Source of the DNA: Chiloscyllium plagiosum
Taxonomy: Eukaryota
Length of the DNA stretch: 64,000 nt
Direction: 5' to 3'
NCBI RefSeq assembly: GCF_004010195.1
Contig: NC_057718.1
Span: forward strand, 52,346,254-52,410,253
Position numbers and translations under genes: made by a program. The notes below the pieces were generated by a model. That model saw only the letters and a program-made list of their open reading frames with translations. It searched no databases and had not been told where the DNA came from. Position 1 is the first letter of the stretch. The number at the start of each line of letters is the position of its first letter. Below, in pieces: positions 11,740 through 24,609 of this stretch.

Positions 11740-12200
11740 GAGCTGTTCTGAAAACACGTCCAACACTCAAACCTGAAATGGATGGGTTGTGTTATGAGGA
11801 AGGGTTAGGCAGTCTCAGCTTGTATCAACTTGAATTTAGAAGAGTTTGACTTGATTGAAACATATTAAATCCTTATGGAATAGAGAAAGAATGTTATTTG
11901 TGTGGGAGAATCCAAACCAGGGGTCACTGATGATAAATAAGGAGCTACTCTTTTAAGGCAGAGATAAGAGATTTTTTTCTCTCCATGAGGTTCTTTGGAA
12001 TGTTCCTCAAAGGAGTAGTAGAAGCAATGTGTTTTTTTTAAGCAGAGGTTGATAAATTTTAACAAAGGTATGAAAGGTTATCTATGGTGTGTAGGAATGT
12101 GGAGTAATCAGATTAATCACTATCATTTGATTATTATAGCAGGCTTGAAGAGCAGCGTGGTCTACTCCAACTCATGGTTTGTACATTTGTATGTAACTAC
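11740..12200 (+). mobile_element. Old CR1 3' fragment
   Basis: GLCYEEGL..LSLYQLEFRR..LIETY; 3' UTR gcaggcttgaagagcagcgtggtctactcc. Confidence 0.7.
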
Positions 12201-13752
12201 ATAATGGTGGGGTAGATGAATTGTGTTTCAAAAGAAAATATGAACATCACCAAAAATTTTGAAATAGGTCAAGAAACAATTTGATGCAGGAATCAAGACA
12301 CATAGTGACTTTTTGGATAGATAAATAAAGGGCAACAAAGTAGACTTCTGTATCCACAGACATATTGTGATCATCTTTTTTTAAAACATCTGATTTCAGC
12401 AAGGTTATATCTAGACCAGCTTAATCAAAATGTTACTTACAATCCTTAGATCCTGTATGGGTGAATGGTGGAACAGCCAATCAAGTGACCACATCTAGGA
12501 TTGCTGCCCACCTTTGAATGATGTTCCATCTCTGCAAGCTACTCCTCTAATAAGGGGGCTGTTTCCATTGACAAAATGCCAACAGAGGCATAAAATAACC
12601 ATTAACAGGTAATGGGCAGCAGAGAACATACCATTCCCAGATCAGGGAATATTCCAAAGTGATAGAAGAGGTTGAAATTTCAGCCCTCACACCTGTTTAG
12701 CATCCCTCCCACTTTAAAGGCCTGTCTCCAGAGAGCTGGTACAATTGCAGCTCCTGTTTTCTGTAGCAATGTTTTCTGAATTACCTCCCTTGCAGCACTG
12801 CCACATAACTGAAGATAAGATTGTACACATCAATTAATTCATATTTTCTGCATGTAAATCATGAAATCTTAAAATATCTTTTTTTTGGAGTCAGAAGTTG
12901 AGGTTTACTTGATTTGTGTACATATTTAGCTTCATTTTTGTTGCACGATGCACAATGTGAAAATCAGCCAATTGAACAATTCAGACCATTGGTTAAAGGC
13001 AAATTTCTTTCTTCCTTTGGGACACTTAAAGTCTGATCAGAAAAGTAAACAGATGTTAAGTGTTTATGACAAAATGCAGTTTCCTGCATATATTATCTAG
13101 TCAAAATTTATAGCTATTTTTATATTCTAAGTTAAAATGAAATAAAAGATTTCCAGTGATTTTGAATGTGGTCACTATCTCATAAAGAACTGATAAGAAA
13201 TCATACCATTGTTTGCTGCAAAGTGCTTTTTCAGCTTTCACCCTTTCAATAATTTCATATTCAACAATACGAATATGAACGTATTTATGAAATTCAGGAT
13301 TAAAATGTGCTTAGTTTTATAGTTCAGAATTAATTGACTTGATACTTTCGAAATAGCTTATATTAATCTTTAGTCCTGAACTTAAAGAACAGTATGATCA
13401 AGAGAATTGAATGCACCACACAGCACTGCATTGTTGCCATGGCAATTTCATAAGGTAGCTCAAGAGTTCTGATCCAAGTGCAATACAGCACATAAAATCT
13501 ATCGTCTTGAAGCATATGCCATAACAGCTTTTTGATTCCTGAAAAGAAGGATCAAATACAAACACTTTGCTTTTTAACCTTTAAATATCCAAAACTAAAG
13601 GACTGCAAATAACATTGATTTATAATTTTAGTTTTGCAAAAGCTCAATCGTAAAAATGCAGCAAATTTAACTCAAATTAATTATCTTATGATTATGACAC
13701 TGGTTTGACAAATTATTCTTTTAATTCTAGAATGCAAATTCAAAACATTCAA

Positions 13753-14086
13753 GGGGTGGCACCGTGGCTCAGTGGTTAGCAATGCTGCCTCATGGGACCC
13801 GGGTTCAATTCCAGCCTTGGGCGACTGCCTGTGTGGAGTTTGCACATTCTCCCCATGTCTATATGGGTTTCCTCTGGGTCCTCCGGTTTCTTCCCACAAT
13901 CCAAAGATGTGCAGGTTAGATGAATTGTCTATAGTGTTCAGGGATGTGTGGGTTAGATGCATTAGTCAGGGGTAAATGTAGAGTAATAGGATAGTGGAAT
14001 GGGTTTGGGTGGGATACTCTTTAGAGGGTCAGTGTGGAGTTGGTTGGGCCGAAGGGCCTGTTCCCACAGTACAGATTCTATTTTAT
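13753..14086 (+). mobile_element. HE1-type SINE
   Basis: A-box TGGCTCAGTGG, B-box GGTTCAATTCC, conserved core and CR1-like tail. Confidence 0.9.
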
Positions 14087-14186
14087 GAAAACAATGTGAT
14101 TAAGGTGTCCCCTGGTAATTAGCTGCAAGTTTTCTTTATCCCACATGAAAATAACTGGATAATTTCACTTAGTTCATTTTGATATT

Positions 14187-14371
14187 GTGATGTGGAGGTA
14201 CCAGTATTGGACTGGAGTGGACAAGGTCAGAAGTCACATGACACCAGGTTATAGTCCAACAGGATTATTTGAAATCACAAGCTTTTGGAGCACTGCTCAT
14301 TCATCAGGTGAAGTGACTTCAGTAGCACTCAGACAGCTTGTAAATCCAACTAAACCTGTTGGACTATAACC
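14187..14371 (-). mobile_element. Short Penelope-derived element (different subfamily) with inverted arm and hammerhead remnant
   Basis: Perfect 17-bp inverted repeat 14247-14263 / 14355-14371; minus strand CAC-CTGATGA-A-TGAGC-AGT-GCTCC-AAAAGCTT-GTG. Confidence 0.7.
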
Positions 14372-16069
14372 ATCTGTTTATGGCCATGCTTCTGATTTTT
14401 GGGCATATAAAAGTTTCAGCACCTCAATTTTCCATGGCATTGACTAGTGGAAGGTCTGTGTCGACATTGCCTCTGCAACCTTTGGTGCTATCCCTCCCTC
14501 CCCTTCCAGAAAGAGACAACGGAGGTGAGACTCAAACTGCAAACTCATGGGATCTTATCTGAAGAGTGAGAGAGGGCAGACTTACAGGAAACAGCAGCCA
14601 TGCTGAGGGCAATGTGGTTATCAGGAGCAAAACAAAACCAAAACTTTGCGAGTAAATCAATATTCTGTGAAGCATTCAAGTATGTGTGCTTGGCTCTTTG
14701 AAGTAATTCTTTTCATTCACTGAGTGCTGAGCAATCCTGAAAATAGCATTTTATGTGGCTATGATTATTATTGAGCACCAACAGAGCACAAATGATGGAA
14801 ATGTGGATCTCTGATCGCTGCCTCATCCAAACATCAGTAACTGCACCTACTGTGCTACAAATGATCCCATAACATGCGGTGGTTTTAAAAATGGATGGGA
14901 TTTAAAGTTTGGAAGTTCCCATTCCATTTCCATCTCCCGTTTGCCTGAGCTTTATGCAAAAAAAAAACCTGACATAAAACTTACTCTTGCATATCTTTGT
15001 TCTTCATTAACAACTATTTGGCTGTGTAATAAATTTACAAAGAGAAGTAAGAAAAATAAAGAAGACAAGAAAAATAAACAAAAATAGGAAAAAAAAGGAA
15101 AAGAATTAAGGAGAAAGATAAAGGAAGGAAAAAAGAAAAAATGCAATTACAGTACTTTGTGTGACTTCAGGCCATCACTGAAGTATAGTCACAATTACAA
15201 TAACATATTTTTAAAACTTAAATCAAATGAATCACCAACTGTACATTCTGTTAAAGTAACAGTGAGATAGGACCTGAAGAAGTAAGGGATATCAGAACAA
15301 CACAAATGTTATTGAACTGCAAGCAAGCAGCAAGCTCAGGGGATCAATAGATTGGTGTCGATTTGAGCATCTCTAGAATTAGCAGGCCACCGCACCTAGT
15401 TTTAACACTTGCTTTGCACAAATGAAATCACATTTTAACTCACCCTGTTATTTTTGAGAACTTGATTAATTTCACTAGCATTACTGATTAAACTCACCAA
15501 AAACAGTGTTAGGTCCAGCAATTAATAGTACAAGATATTAATAATCAGTTATTGGTATTTCTTAAATGATAGAATAATTGCGACTGACTGACAATGAATC
15601 TCTCAGGTTCAGAAAGTTAACAATTTAAACTGTCGATTCTCATTGGCTCAAGTTGAAAATTGTTGTTGGAATTCAGAAAATTTACCATTTTCTTAGTTTA
15701 ACTTGTCTCTGCACTCTCTCCTTTTTCTTCTCAGTGAATTGTCCACTTAGTTCTAAATTATCCAATGTTGTTATTTGAAGAGATACACTGTCGATACAAA
15801 CTTACCACTGTCTTAACTATTCGATAACCAGCTTTATTTTTTGTAAGCTAGGGCCAAAAAAAGTACAAAAGGCTGAAGTTTTCTGGAAAAGTCTACCTTA
15901 GAATTTATGAATAATGGATACATCTACATTAACATTAATATCCTTCATCAGATTAATCAAATATATCTTAGACTGAAACAATATACTTCACAATATAGCA
16001 TGGTTTAAAAAGTCCACCTGTACAAATTTACCTCTCTTCATTGTACAGGATAGTGACATTTAGAAAATA

Positions 16070-16370
16070 AAACACAGGAAGAGAGGATTGAGGAATAGTT
16101 TTAGACTATTCAGCTCTTTAATCCTGCTCTGCCATCCAATAACATCATGGTTGTGGTAGCAGTCCCACTTCACTACCTGTCACCTGTCTATCAAATATCT
16201 GTCTCATGGTTCTTCGAATAAATTCAATGATACAGTCTCCACTATTTTCTGGTGAACTGAATTCCACAGACTAACAAATGTCTGAGGGCAGAACAAAATT
16301 CCTCATCTCCAACTTAAAAGGAACCCCACTTATTGTTAAACTGTTTCCCCCAGTTCCAATTCCTTGCACA
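16070..16370 (-). mobile_element. Old CR1 3' fragment
   Basis: Reverse of a CR1 3' end (cctgctctgccatccaataacatcatggt...gaattccacagact...aaattcctcatctc). Confidence 0.55.
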
Positions 16371-16694
16371 GGCTGCTTGAGACAGGCAAGCAGATCTTTC
16401 ATTTTCAAAAAAGAAAAAAACGTTGTGGTTACAGGTAAAAGGTCAATTAAATTAATTTATATCACATCAGAATTGTTTATTTATCTTTATTATTCAAAGC
16501 GAACACATACCTAAGGCTAAATTACAACATAGTTAAAAAAGAATTATGAAATTACACAGCAATAATGCAGAATCTGATTAATTTTCACTGACACAAATAT
16601 TCAAAAACAATTAGAGGCAATTAGAATTCCATAGCTAAGCTCAAATGAATGATAGATAACACTAAATCATGGAGATACACATTTCTTACAATCA

Positions 16695-16960
16695 CTGATG
16701 AGTGCTGGAGGGCATGCCAGGAGTATCACTAGGGATACCTAAAACTGTGGTGTCAACCTGCTGAAGGCAGAAAGCAGGACTAGTTGTGTGCCAAGCAACT
16801 TAAGCAGTAGGTGATAAAGACATGCAATGGATTCTGCAACAAATGATCTAAGAAGCAGATCTAAGATCTTTAAGCCTGCCACATCTAGTCCTGAATGGCA
16901 GTGGGCAATTAAACAACTCACTGAAGGATAAGGCTCCACAAATATCCCCGTCCTCGATGA
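16695..16960 (+). mobile_element. Fragment of second LINE family (same as 42525-44975)
   Basis: DECWRACQE..; RSKIFKPATSSPEWQWAIKQLTEG*GSTNIPVLD; a further RT-like piece at about 18020-18150. Confidence 0.7.
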
Positions 16961-17850
16961 TATTTCCCTCCCCACCCCTATGTGCTTTCCGTAGGGACCG
17001 TTCACTCTGCGACTCCCTCATCAGTTCCACACTCCCCACTAACAGCTCCTCCAAACCTGGCACCTTTCCCTGCAACAACAGGAAGTGTAGCACTTGCTCC
17101 TACACCTTCCCTTTCACCTCCATCCAAGGCCCCAAACAATCATTTCAAATCTGGCAGGGATTCATCTGCACTTCTTCGACCTGATCTATTGCATCCGTTG
17201 CTCCTGATGTGGCCTCCTCTACATAGGAGAGACCATGAGCAAACTCAGGGATTGATTTATGGAGCACCTGCACTCTGTACGCTGCAATCAACAGCACCTT
17301 CTTGTTGCCAGCCATTTCAACTCCTCCTCCCATTCCCTTGGCAACATGTCTATTCTGAGCCTCCTCCATTGTCAAAATGAGGCCACATGCAAACTGGAGG
17401 AATGAGGCCTTATATTCCACCTCAGGAGCTGACAACCCAATGGCCTCAACTTAGAATTCCCCAGTTTCAAAATCTTCCCATGCCCAACCTTATCCCATGT
17501 CCACTCCTCCCTCTCCTCCTGCCTCTTTGACCTGACTAAACCTGTTCATCTTCCTTCTCACCTATCTATTCCATCTTCCCCAGTGACCAATCACAATAAC
17601 CCTCTATCTGCATCCACTTATTACCACCCACCTATCTTTCCCACATCCACCTATCACCATCCAACCTATCTTTCCCCCAGCCCCACCCCCTCTCTCTATT
17701 TCTGAGTTCCCTTTCCCCTCCGCAGTCCTGATGAAGGGTCCTGACCCAAAGAGTTGACTTTCCTGCTCCTCCAATGCTGTCTGACCTGTTGTGCTCTTCC
17801 AGTTTCACATTGTATTGACTCTGATTTCAGCACCTGCAGACCTTACTATG
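16960..17850 (+). mobile_element. Penelope-like element 3' fragment (GIY-YIG remnant, UTR, hammerhead remnant)
   Basis: PLCAFRRDRSLCDSL, GTFPCNNRKCSTC, LIYCIRCS*CGLLYIGET; C-rich UTR; AGTC-CTGATGA-A-GGGTC-CT-GACCC-AAAGAGTT-GACT at 17724-17759. Confidence 0.9.
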
Positions 17851-19587
17851 TCCAACTGGCCCACACTACCTCCAACTGGATAAATACTTGCTCAGCCACT
17901 AATGACTACATCCTGTGTGTGAATTTTGAAGACAAAGTAACTAATATATGCAATAATGCATATTCCAAAAGATTGAAGTCTTTAAATGCTAATATTTCAT
18001 CAGCCCTTCATTGAGTCATAGAGTCATATGGGAGTAGCCAAGGCCCAACCATGTTCAGATGTTTCATAACTAATCCTCCCTCCATCATAAGGTCAATAGT
18101 GGGGAAATTTGTTAATGACTGCACAATTTTCAGCACCAACCACAACACCTCATGGTGAGAAACTCTTCACAAGATTTGATAAAACTGATATATCGCTAAT
18201 TTCTATAAAAATCAACTCCTGGTCTTAAAACGTCCAGTAAAGAAGTTGATTGCAGTAGGCTAGACTCCACCTATTCTGATACATTGCTAAATTTCCTACA
18301 GATAATTGGTACCTATCCCCAGTCACCCAGAAGCAATCTCAAACCACAGTGGTGAGAAATTCATTCACATTGTGCCCTTTCAAATGGTTTCCTCCCATTG
18401 CTCTCCTTAATCCTTCAGTTACTTCACTTATTGATCTGAAGGCCTTGATACCATTTTTGATGGCAGATCATCATTTTTGTCGGCTTGGGCATGTGCTTAG
18501 TGACAAGTTGGATGCTACAAAAACTCAGGTATGTAATTTAACATCAGCTGAACGAGCATATTGGATTTTATTTTACACCTCTTCAGCACCTCTTTGTGGG
18601 ATTGCTAGCTTCCAAGACAGAGAATGAGGGAAAACCTCTAACACTACATCATGAATCTTAATCAAAGACATATAGATATAAGAAATTTAATTGAACTGGG
18701 AGAAGAGTTTGGATTTGTATTCAGGCTGGATCCCACACTATCATAGGCTTCAGTAAGTAAGTCAGATGTCAGTTGTTATTCTTGTCCAGAGTGAAACGGG
18801 ACTTCAGTTTTGTCAGCAGAACAAAGAAAAACCTACAAGATATAGCTGATACTCTGAAAATGCTTAATTATGTCCACTATGCCACAAAGGTACTAACCTT
18901 ATATTCTTCAACTATTTTCATGAAGATAGGCCATCTGTAAAAAGCATTGTGGTTCATGTATATCAGAGATTTTATAAACCAAAGCAGGCTATAATTTCAG
19001 CCAAGGTTACGTAACAAGCTTTTTATGAGATCTGAAATCCAGACTATTGAAACAACTGAACCCTGAGGAAACCGTCACTTACTGGTCTCTGACCTCTTTT
19101 ATCAATTATACAATAATATACATGGGTTTCAAATTTTTGCAGTTTTTACAATTGATACTTCAAAGTGTCTGGATGTTTGAACACTTTTATTGCCCTGTAG
19201 TGAAAGGTTTCTTTTCCAAGTCAGTGAAAAGTAATGAATAAAGTCTTGACTTTGAGTAGACATCATCCTTGAATTGAGGAACAAATGACAATTATCATCA
19301 TGTGTAACATCAGATAAATAAAGTATTCTTTCAGCATTTATGAAGTGGTTTCATTATTCTGTGTATTCCTCTTTTTGTGATGCTCTTTTTTTTTCAAATC
19401 AGAGGAAACCGCGTGATCCATCTCACTGACATCTGACACAAAGGGTGGAAAATTCACATTCATTTAAATTATGAGGAGAGTAATGGGTAGGAATGTAAAT
19501 GATGAAAGAGTGGACTTTGCTGTGAGTCTTTAACTGAACTACTGCTGGTCCCTTGATAAATTGGTGAGGGAGTTTGAGATCATGTAC

Positions 19588-19835
19588 TTTTTTTCTTTGT
19601 TCATTCTTGGGATATGCATGCTATTGGCAGGGCCAAGATTTCTGAAGGTACTTAACAATCAATTATTTTGTCATGGGTCCGGAGTCACACACAGGCCAGA
19701 CCAGGTCAGGACAACAGATTAATGAAGGACTTTAATAAACAAGGTGTATTTTCACACCAATTAATGATAGGTTCATTGCTGAGACTAGCTTTCAACTGTA
19801 GGCTTTCATTATTGAATTCAAATGCCACCAGCTGC
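19588..19835 (-). mobile_element. Second SINE family, 5'-truncated copy
   Basis: Shares tail ttcattcttgggatatg and body ggagtcacac.caggccagaccagg with 54728-55025. Confidence 0.6.
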
Positions 19836-21299
19836 TGTACATATATAGGTCAAAGTAATTCTAATGAAAAGGACAACAGCAGGATGACTCATCTACCTTA
19901 GATTTCTGAGTATGTAACAACCACTGTATAGACAGGAGACCTAGGAAGGCTGTTTGCTGGGGGTCTAACTTTTCACTGGGGATCATACAGTGGGATCTGA
20001 GAGGCTTAACTAAGATGACCTTTCTTAAAGACCAGAAGGAAGACCATAACCTCTCTAACAAAAAAAGAGGTGTGCACTGAAGCGACTGAAGTAGCCAAAG
20101 GCAGGACTGTGGTTCCTTTAACTTAGGTGAAAATATGTCCAGAGGATCCAAGACCTCAGGAAGACAGAAAATGTTAAGTAGGCCAATGTTAATATTCTTG
20201 ATCAAGAATTTAGAATGGGAATCACAACAGCAAAGGGCAGACAGGTTGACCTTGTTGCAAAAAAATATGAAGTTGGATTGTGGGAATTAACAGAATCAAG
20301 AATCTGGTTCCTTCTGGCAAGGACAAAACACAAGGTATTTATCAGCACAAACTATAAAGGCTATCTGTTTCCAAAAATCTTTCAACTATCCTTTATCTCC
20401 CCAAGGACAATCCCATAATGCAATAAGCAACCAAAGGAAACAAATCAGAACCCCATCAATTAAAGTTTTCAAGAATCATCTTCAGATCATTTCCATTTGA
20501 AAACTTTCTTTATCAGGACCACTACATGAGCAGGTCATGCTGGTGCCATCCATATAAACAAAGACAGATAATGATGCAGCACAGCAGATATATTGTCAGG
20601 TTGTGTCCAAGTGCGATATTTACTTTCCCTGCATTCTACAGCACACGCTTCAGAACAAGACATCTTGCAGCTCTACTCATTTTTGTCTCCAAGAATATCC
20701 CTTTCAAAGAACCCAACACTGATACTGATTCACATTTGCTGATCTCCTAGTATGCATGCATTACACATAGCTTTCACTAACGCTGTCTTCCCCTCATGTA
20801 AATGCAAGCTGTTTCTAACATTCATAACTCTTTAGCTTCTCTGTTGTTGAAGGTAACAAAAAGCATTAATTGAAGCAGAAATGCAGAGTGGCAAGGTGGC
20901 CAGTGAATGAGGGTTGGTGCAGTGTTAAGCATGGCACCTAGTTCATGGCATCGCAGCAGCCACTGGGCCTTTGGAGACCCAATGGAAAGGTTCTGAGAGG
21001 TTCCTGGTACTGGTGATTTCCTGCCAGGAAAATTCGTGCCTCCTGAGACACTGGTGTTCAAAGAGAACTGATCTCTGCCTGAATACCATGCAGTATAAAC
21101 AACTCATAAGGACTCTGGTGTTACCTCTACAATAGATTGTGCTATCATTGTTGCTGCTCCTCTTGCTCATCAGAAGTGCCAACTGGAACTGCATAAGCTG
21201 ATCCCATGCCGTAGGAAGATGACCAAAGACCAAGACAGATGATGAGCCTGACACGAATATTACACCTGTCAAACTGTGAAAGCAGATGCTCAAAAGGGT

Positions 21300-21700
21300 T
21301 ATTTATTTTTAACTCATTTGTGTGGAGATAAAGACTTCACTGGCTTGGTCACTAATTATCCCCTGTTGTAAACTGTCCAAGAGAAAGTGATGGCGAGCTG
21401 TCACTTGAAGCACTGCAGTCTTTGGGGTACAGAAAGGGAGTGCCAGAACTTTAACCCATCCACAAGTGAAAGAGCAACATTACAGTTCCATGTCAAGACA
21501 GTGAATGGGTGCAAAGGAAGTTTGCATTGAAGACTTCTCTTATACAATATAGCCTGTAGAGGTCATGGATTTGGAAGGAATTGTCAACTTAACCTTGGTG
21601 CATTACTGAAGTGCATCTTGTAGATGTATAAAGAGGTTCTGTTGTCGCATCAGTGATGAACAGAATGGTGCTGGATTGAGTGCATTTCATCAGTTTGTTA
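21300..21700 (-). mobile_element. Second LINE family, 3' end fragment
   Basis: Colinear with 42525-42900 (gagctgtcacttgaagcactgcagtc; gtgcatcttgtagat). Confidence 0.6.
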
Positions 21701-22160
21701 GCAACCATTTATATTCCTGACATACTTCACTCAATTCAGTCCGATTCTTTTCAAAGCCAGACTAATTGTGGATGACTGCTCATATTGATTTGTGTTAGGA
21801 TCAATGCCCTGCTTTTGTGACTAATTTTGATCACAAAAAAATACATTGAAAGAGCAGAGTGATATTTCAGCAGAACACAAATCATGAGACTGCAACTCAG
21901 CATGCAAAAATATTTTCTATTGTTCTTCTGCCATCATTTGCTGATGTATGGGATGATCCTGAAAGCAGCAAACAAAGCTCTTTAGCAACAAAAGCCTGTC
22001 GTTAACATGGCCTCCTTTGCTGCCGGAAGTATACTTTGCTCCAGAGAATGAACTGTGCTATGATGAATTAAGTTACACCTGTTTAACATCAGGACCAGTA
22101 AGCTGTGCACAGTGAGAAAGTAGGGATTGAATCCAGAATGAGACACAGCCTGGTTGAGGG

Positions 22161-22350
22161 CAAAACAGAAATTGCTGGAGAAACTCAGCATGTCTGGCAG
22201 CAGAGAAAGCACAGTTAACGTTATCACTCTGATGAAGAATCACTGGATTCAAAAGGTTAGCTCTGCTTTCTTCCCATGGATGCTGCCTGTCCAGCTGAGT
22301 TTCTCCAGTAATTTCTGTTTTCGTTTCTGATCTCCAACATCTGTAATTCT
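22161..22350. mobile_element. Inverted pair of Penelope-derived ends with hammerhead remnant
   Basis: Inverted arms 22162-22189 / 22294-22321; CTGATGA-A-GAATC-ACTG-GATTC-AAAAGGTT from 22229. Confidence 0.75.
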
Positions 22351-22679
22351 TCGTGTTATTATATTGGTCGGGGAATTTGGAAGCAACATGGAAATTTGGT
22401 GCAGAGTGGAAGGAGATGCATTCTGTTTGTCTTTTTGGCTTTAAATTGTGAGGGCTTTTTTACAGGATAAAATGAAGCCCAGGATCAGGGGTCCAGCAGA
22501 AAAGACAGCGTAACATTGCAGGGAAACTGCTAGTTCGTTTGTTGGTAAGAGTTACTAATCTATCAATTACAAGTTGAAGGCAAATAGGGGAAAATCTTAT
22601 AGATTACAAACTAAAAGACCTGTAAGATTTAAACAAAATCATATTAAGAACTAAGTAAATGAAACAGAGATGTAAGATG

Positions 22680-23615
22680 GGCAAACATGTTGTACCTGCA
22701 GCATGTGGGAGCTTGTGGGTTCATAACAATCACATCTGGAGCAAGAGTTGATTGCTTGAGGAACTCTAGCTCAGAGTCAGTGAGCTGGAGTCTGAGCTTC
22801 AAAGACTGCAACACATCAGGGAGAGACAGAGTTACCAGGATGCAGTGCTCAGGAGGCAGTCACACCCTTTAGATTAACTACCTCAAATTCAGTCAGTGGT
22901 CAGGGACAGGAGAGTGTGACTATGAACAGGGAATGTAGAGGAGTCCAGGATGTAGTACTGAAGGAAACCTAACCTTTCATTTGGCTAACAGATTTAACAC
23001 TTGCTCCCTGTGAGGATGGATGACAGTGGGGGCTGTAGGGAGGATGAACAAATTGACCATAGTACTGTGGCACAGGGAGCAATTTCAGAGGGGTCAGAAA
23101 AGAGAAATATAATTATAATTGGGGATAGTATAACCAGGAGAATAGACACTGTTCCTTGAGACCGGGATCAAGAGCCCCAAAGGCTGTGTTGTCTGGCTGG
23201 TGTCTGGGTTCAGGATATCTCATCTGAGTTGCAAACGAACTTGGAGTAGGAGGGGCAAGATCCAATTGTTGTGGTCCACATAGGTTCAGTGATATAGGTG
23301 GAAAGAGGAAACACGTTCTGTTGAGAAAGTATGAACAGCTAGGGGCTTTTTTAAAAAGCAGAACGGAAAGGAGAATCATCTCTGGATTACTACCTGAGCC
23401 ACGAGCAAATTGGCACAGGGTCAATAAGATTAAAGAAGTAAATGTGTGCCTCAAAGATTACTGTGGGAGAAACCGGTTCGAATTCATGGGACATTAGCAC
23501 CAGGACTGGGGAAGGAGGGAGCTGCTCCAGTGGGATAGACTTCACGTGAAGCATGCTGGGAGCAGAATCCTGGAGAATGGCACAACTAGGGTTGTAGATA
23601 TGGCTTTGAACTAAA
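22680..23615 (+). pseudogene. CR1 ORF1 remnant (Cys-rich N-terminus, SGNH esterase domain)
   Basis: CCTCSMWE; IIIGDSITRRID; CCLAG; IVVVHIG; IISGLLPEP; WDRLH; several stops. Confidence 0.85.
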
Positions 23616-23655
23616 TAGTGGGGAGATGGGTTCAGTTGCATAAAAAATAACATGG

Positions 23656-24564
23656 GGTCATCTACATTTCTGCTACTTCCAATGCAATGCCATCACTAGA
23701 CACGTATTATCCTCCCCTCTGTTGTCTGCCTTCCTCAGGAACCATTCCTTTTCAGGAACCTTGGTCTACTCCTCCTTTACTCCCAACACCACGCCACACC
23801 ACCACGGCATCTTCCGATGTAATGGCAGAAAGTGTAACATCTGTCAGTTTACTTCCTTCCTCCAAATATCCATGGCCCCAGACATACCTTCCAGATATAG
23901 CAATAATTTACCCGCACTTTACTCAATCTAGTCTACTGTGTTCACTGCTCACAATGTGGTCTCCTCTACACTGGGGAGACGAAGTGCAAAATGGGCAACC
24001 ATTTTGCAGAACACCTTTTGCAAAAATGACCCTGAACTTCCAGTTGTCTGCCACTTCAACACAACATTTTCCCTGGTCAACATCTCTGTCTCAAGCTTGC
24101 TGCAGTGCTCCAGTGAAGCTCAGTGCAAGCTGAAAGAACAGCACCTCATTTGGAAACCCTGCAGCCTTTTGGACTCAATGGTGAGTTCATAACTTCAGGG
24201 CTGGAGCCCACCTTCTCTCATGTCCTTACCCTAACCTTCACACTCTAAGTCTTGTCATCACATGAGCTATTACCACAAGCAATCCATTGCCAGAGACTAA
24301 TGGTACCCAATAGCAGCTTTTCATTCACCCAGGCTGACCTTTATCCATTCTTTTGTCTACCAAATTACTTTTCTCTCCCTCTGGGCTCTATTTCCACCTA
24401 TCAATTACTCCTTTCCCCACCCCTTCTTTAGATATATGCCAACATTTTGTGAGCTACAATCAGTTCTGAGGAAGAGTCACTGAACCCGAAAGGTTAATTC
24501 TGCTTTATCTTTGCAGATGCTGCCAGACTGATGAGTTTTTTTCCAGCAATTTTGATTTTTATTT
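23656..24564 (+). mobile_element. Penelope-like element 3' fragment
   Basis: GIFRCNGRKCNIC; LVYCVHCSQCGLLYTGETK..FAEHL (GIY-YIG); CTGAGGA-A-GAGTC-ACTG-AACCC-GAAAGGTT from 24466; flanking AAAATAACA repeat (23644-23652 / 24565-24573). Confidence 0.9.
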
Positions 24565-24609
24565 AAAATAACAGGGTTGTTAGTTATGTTTGCTCAGTGT
24601 TTTTATTTA

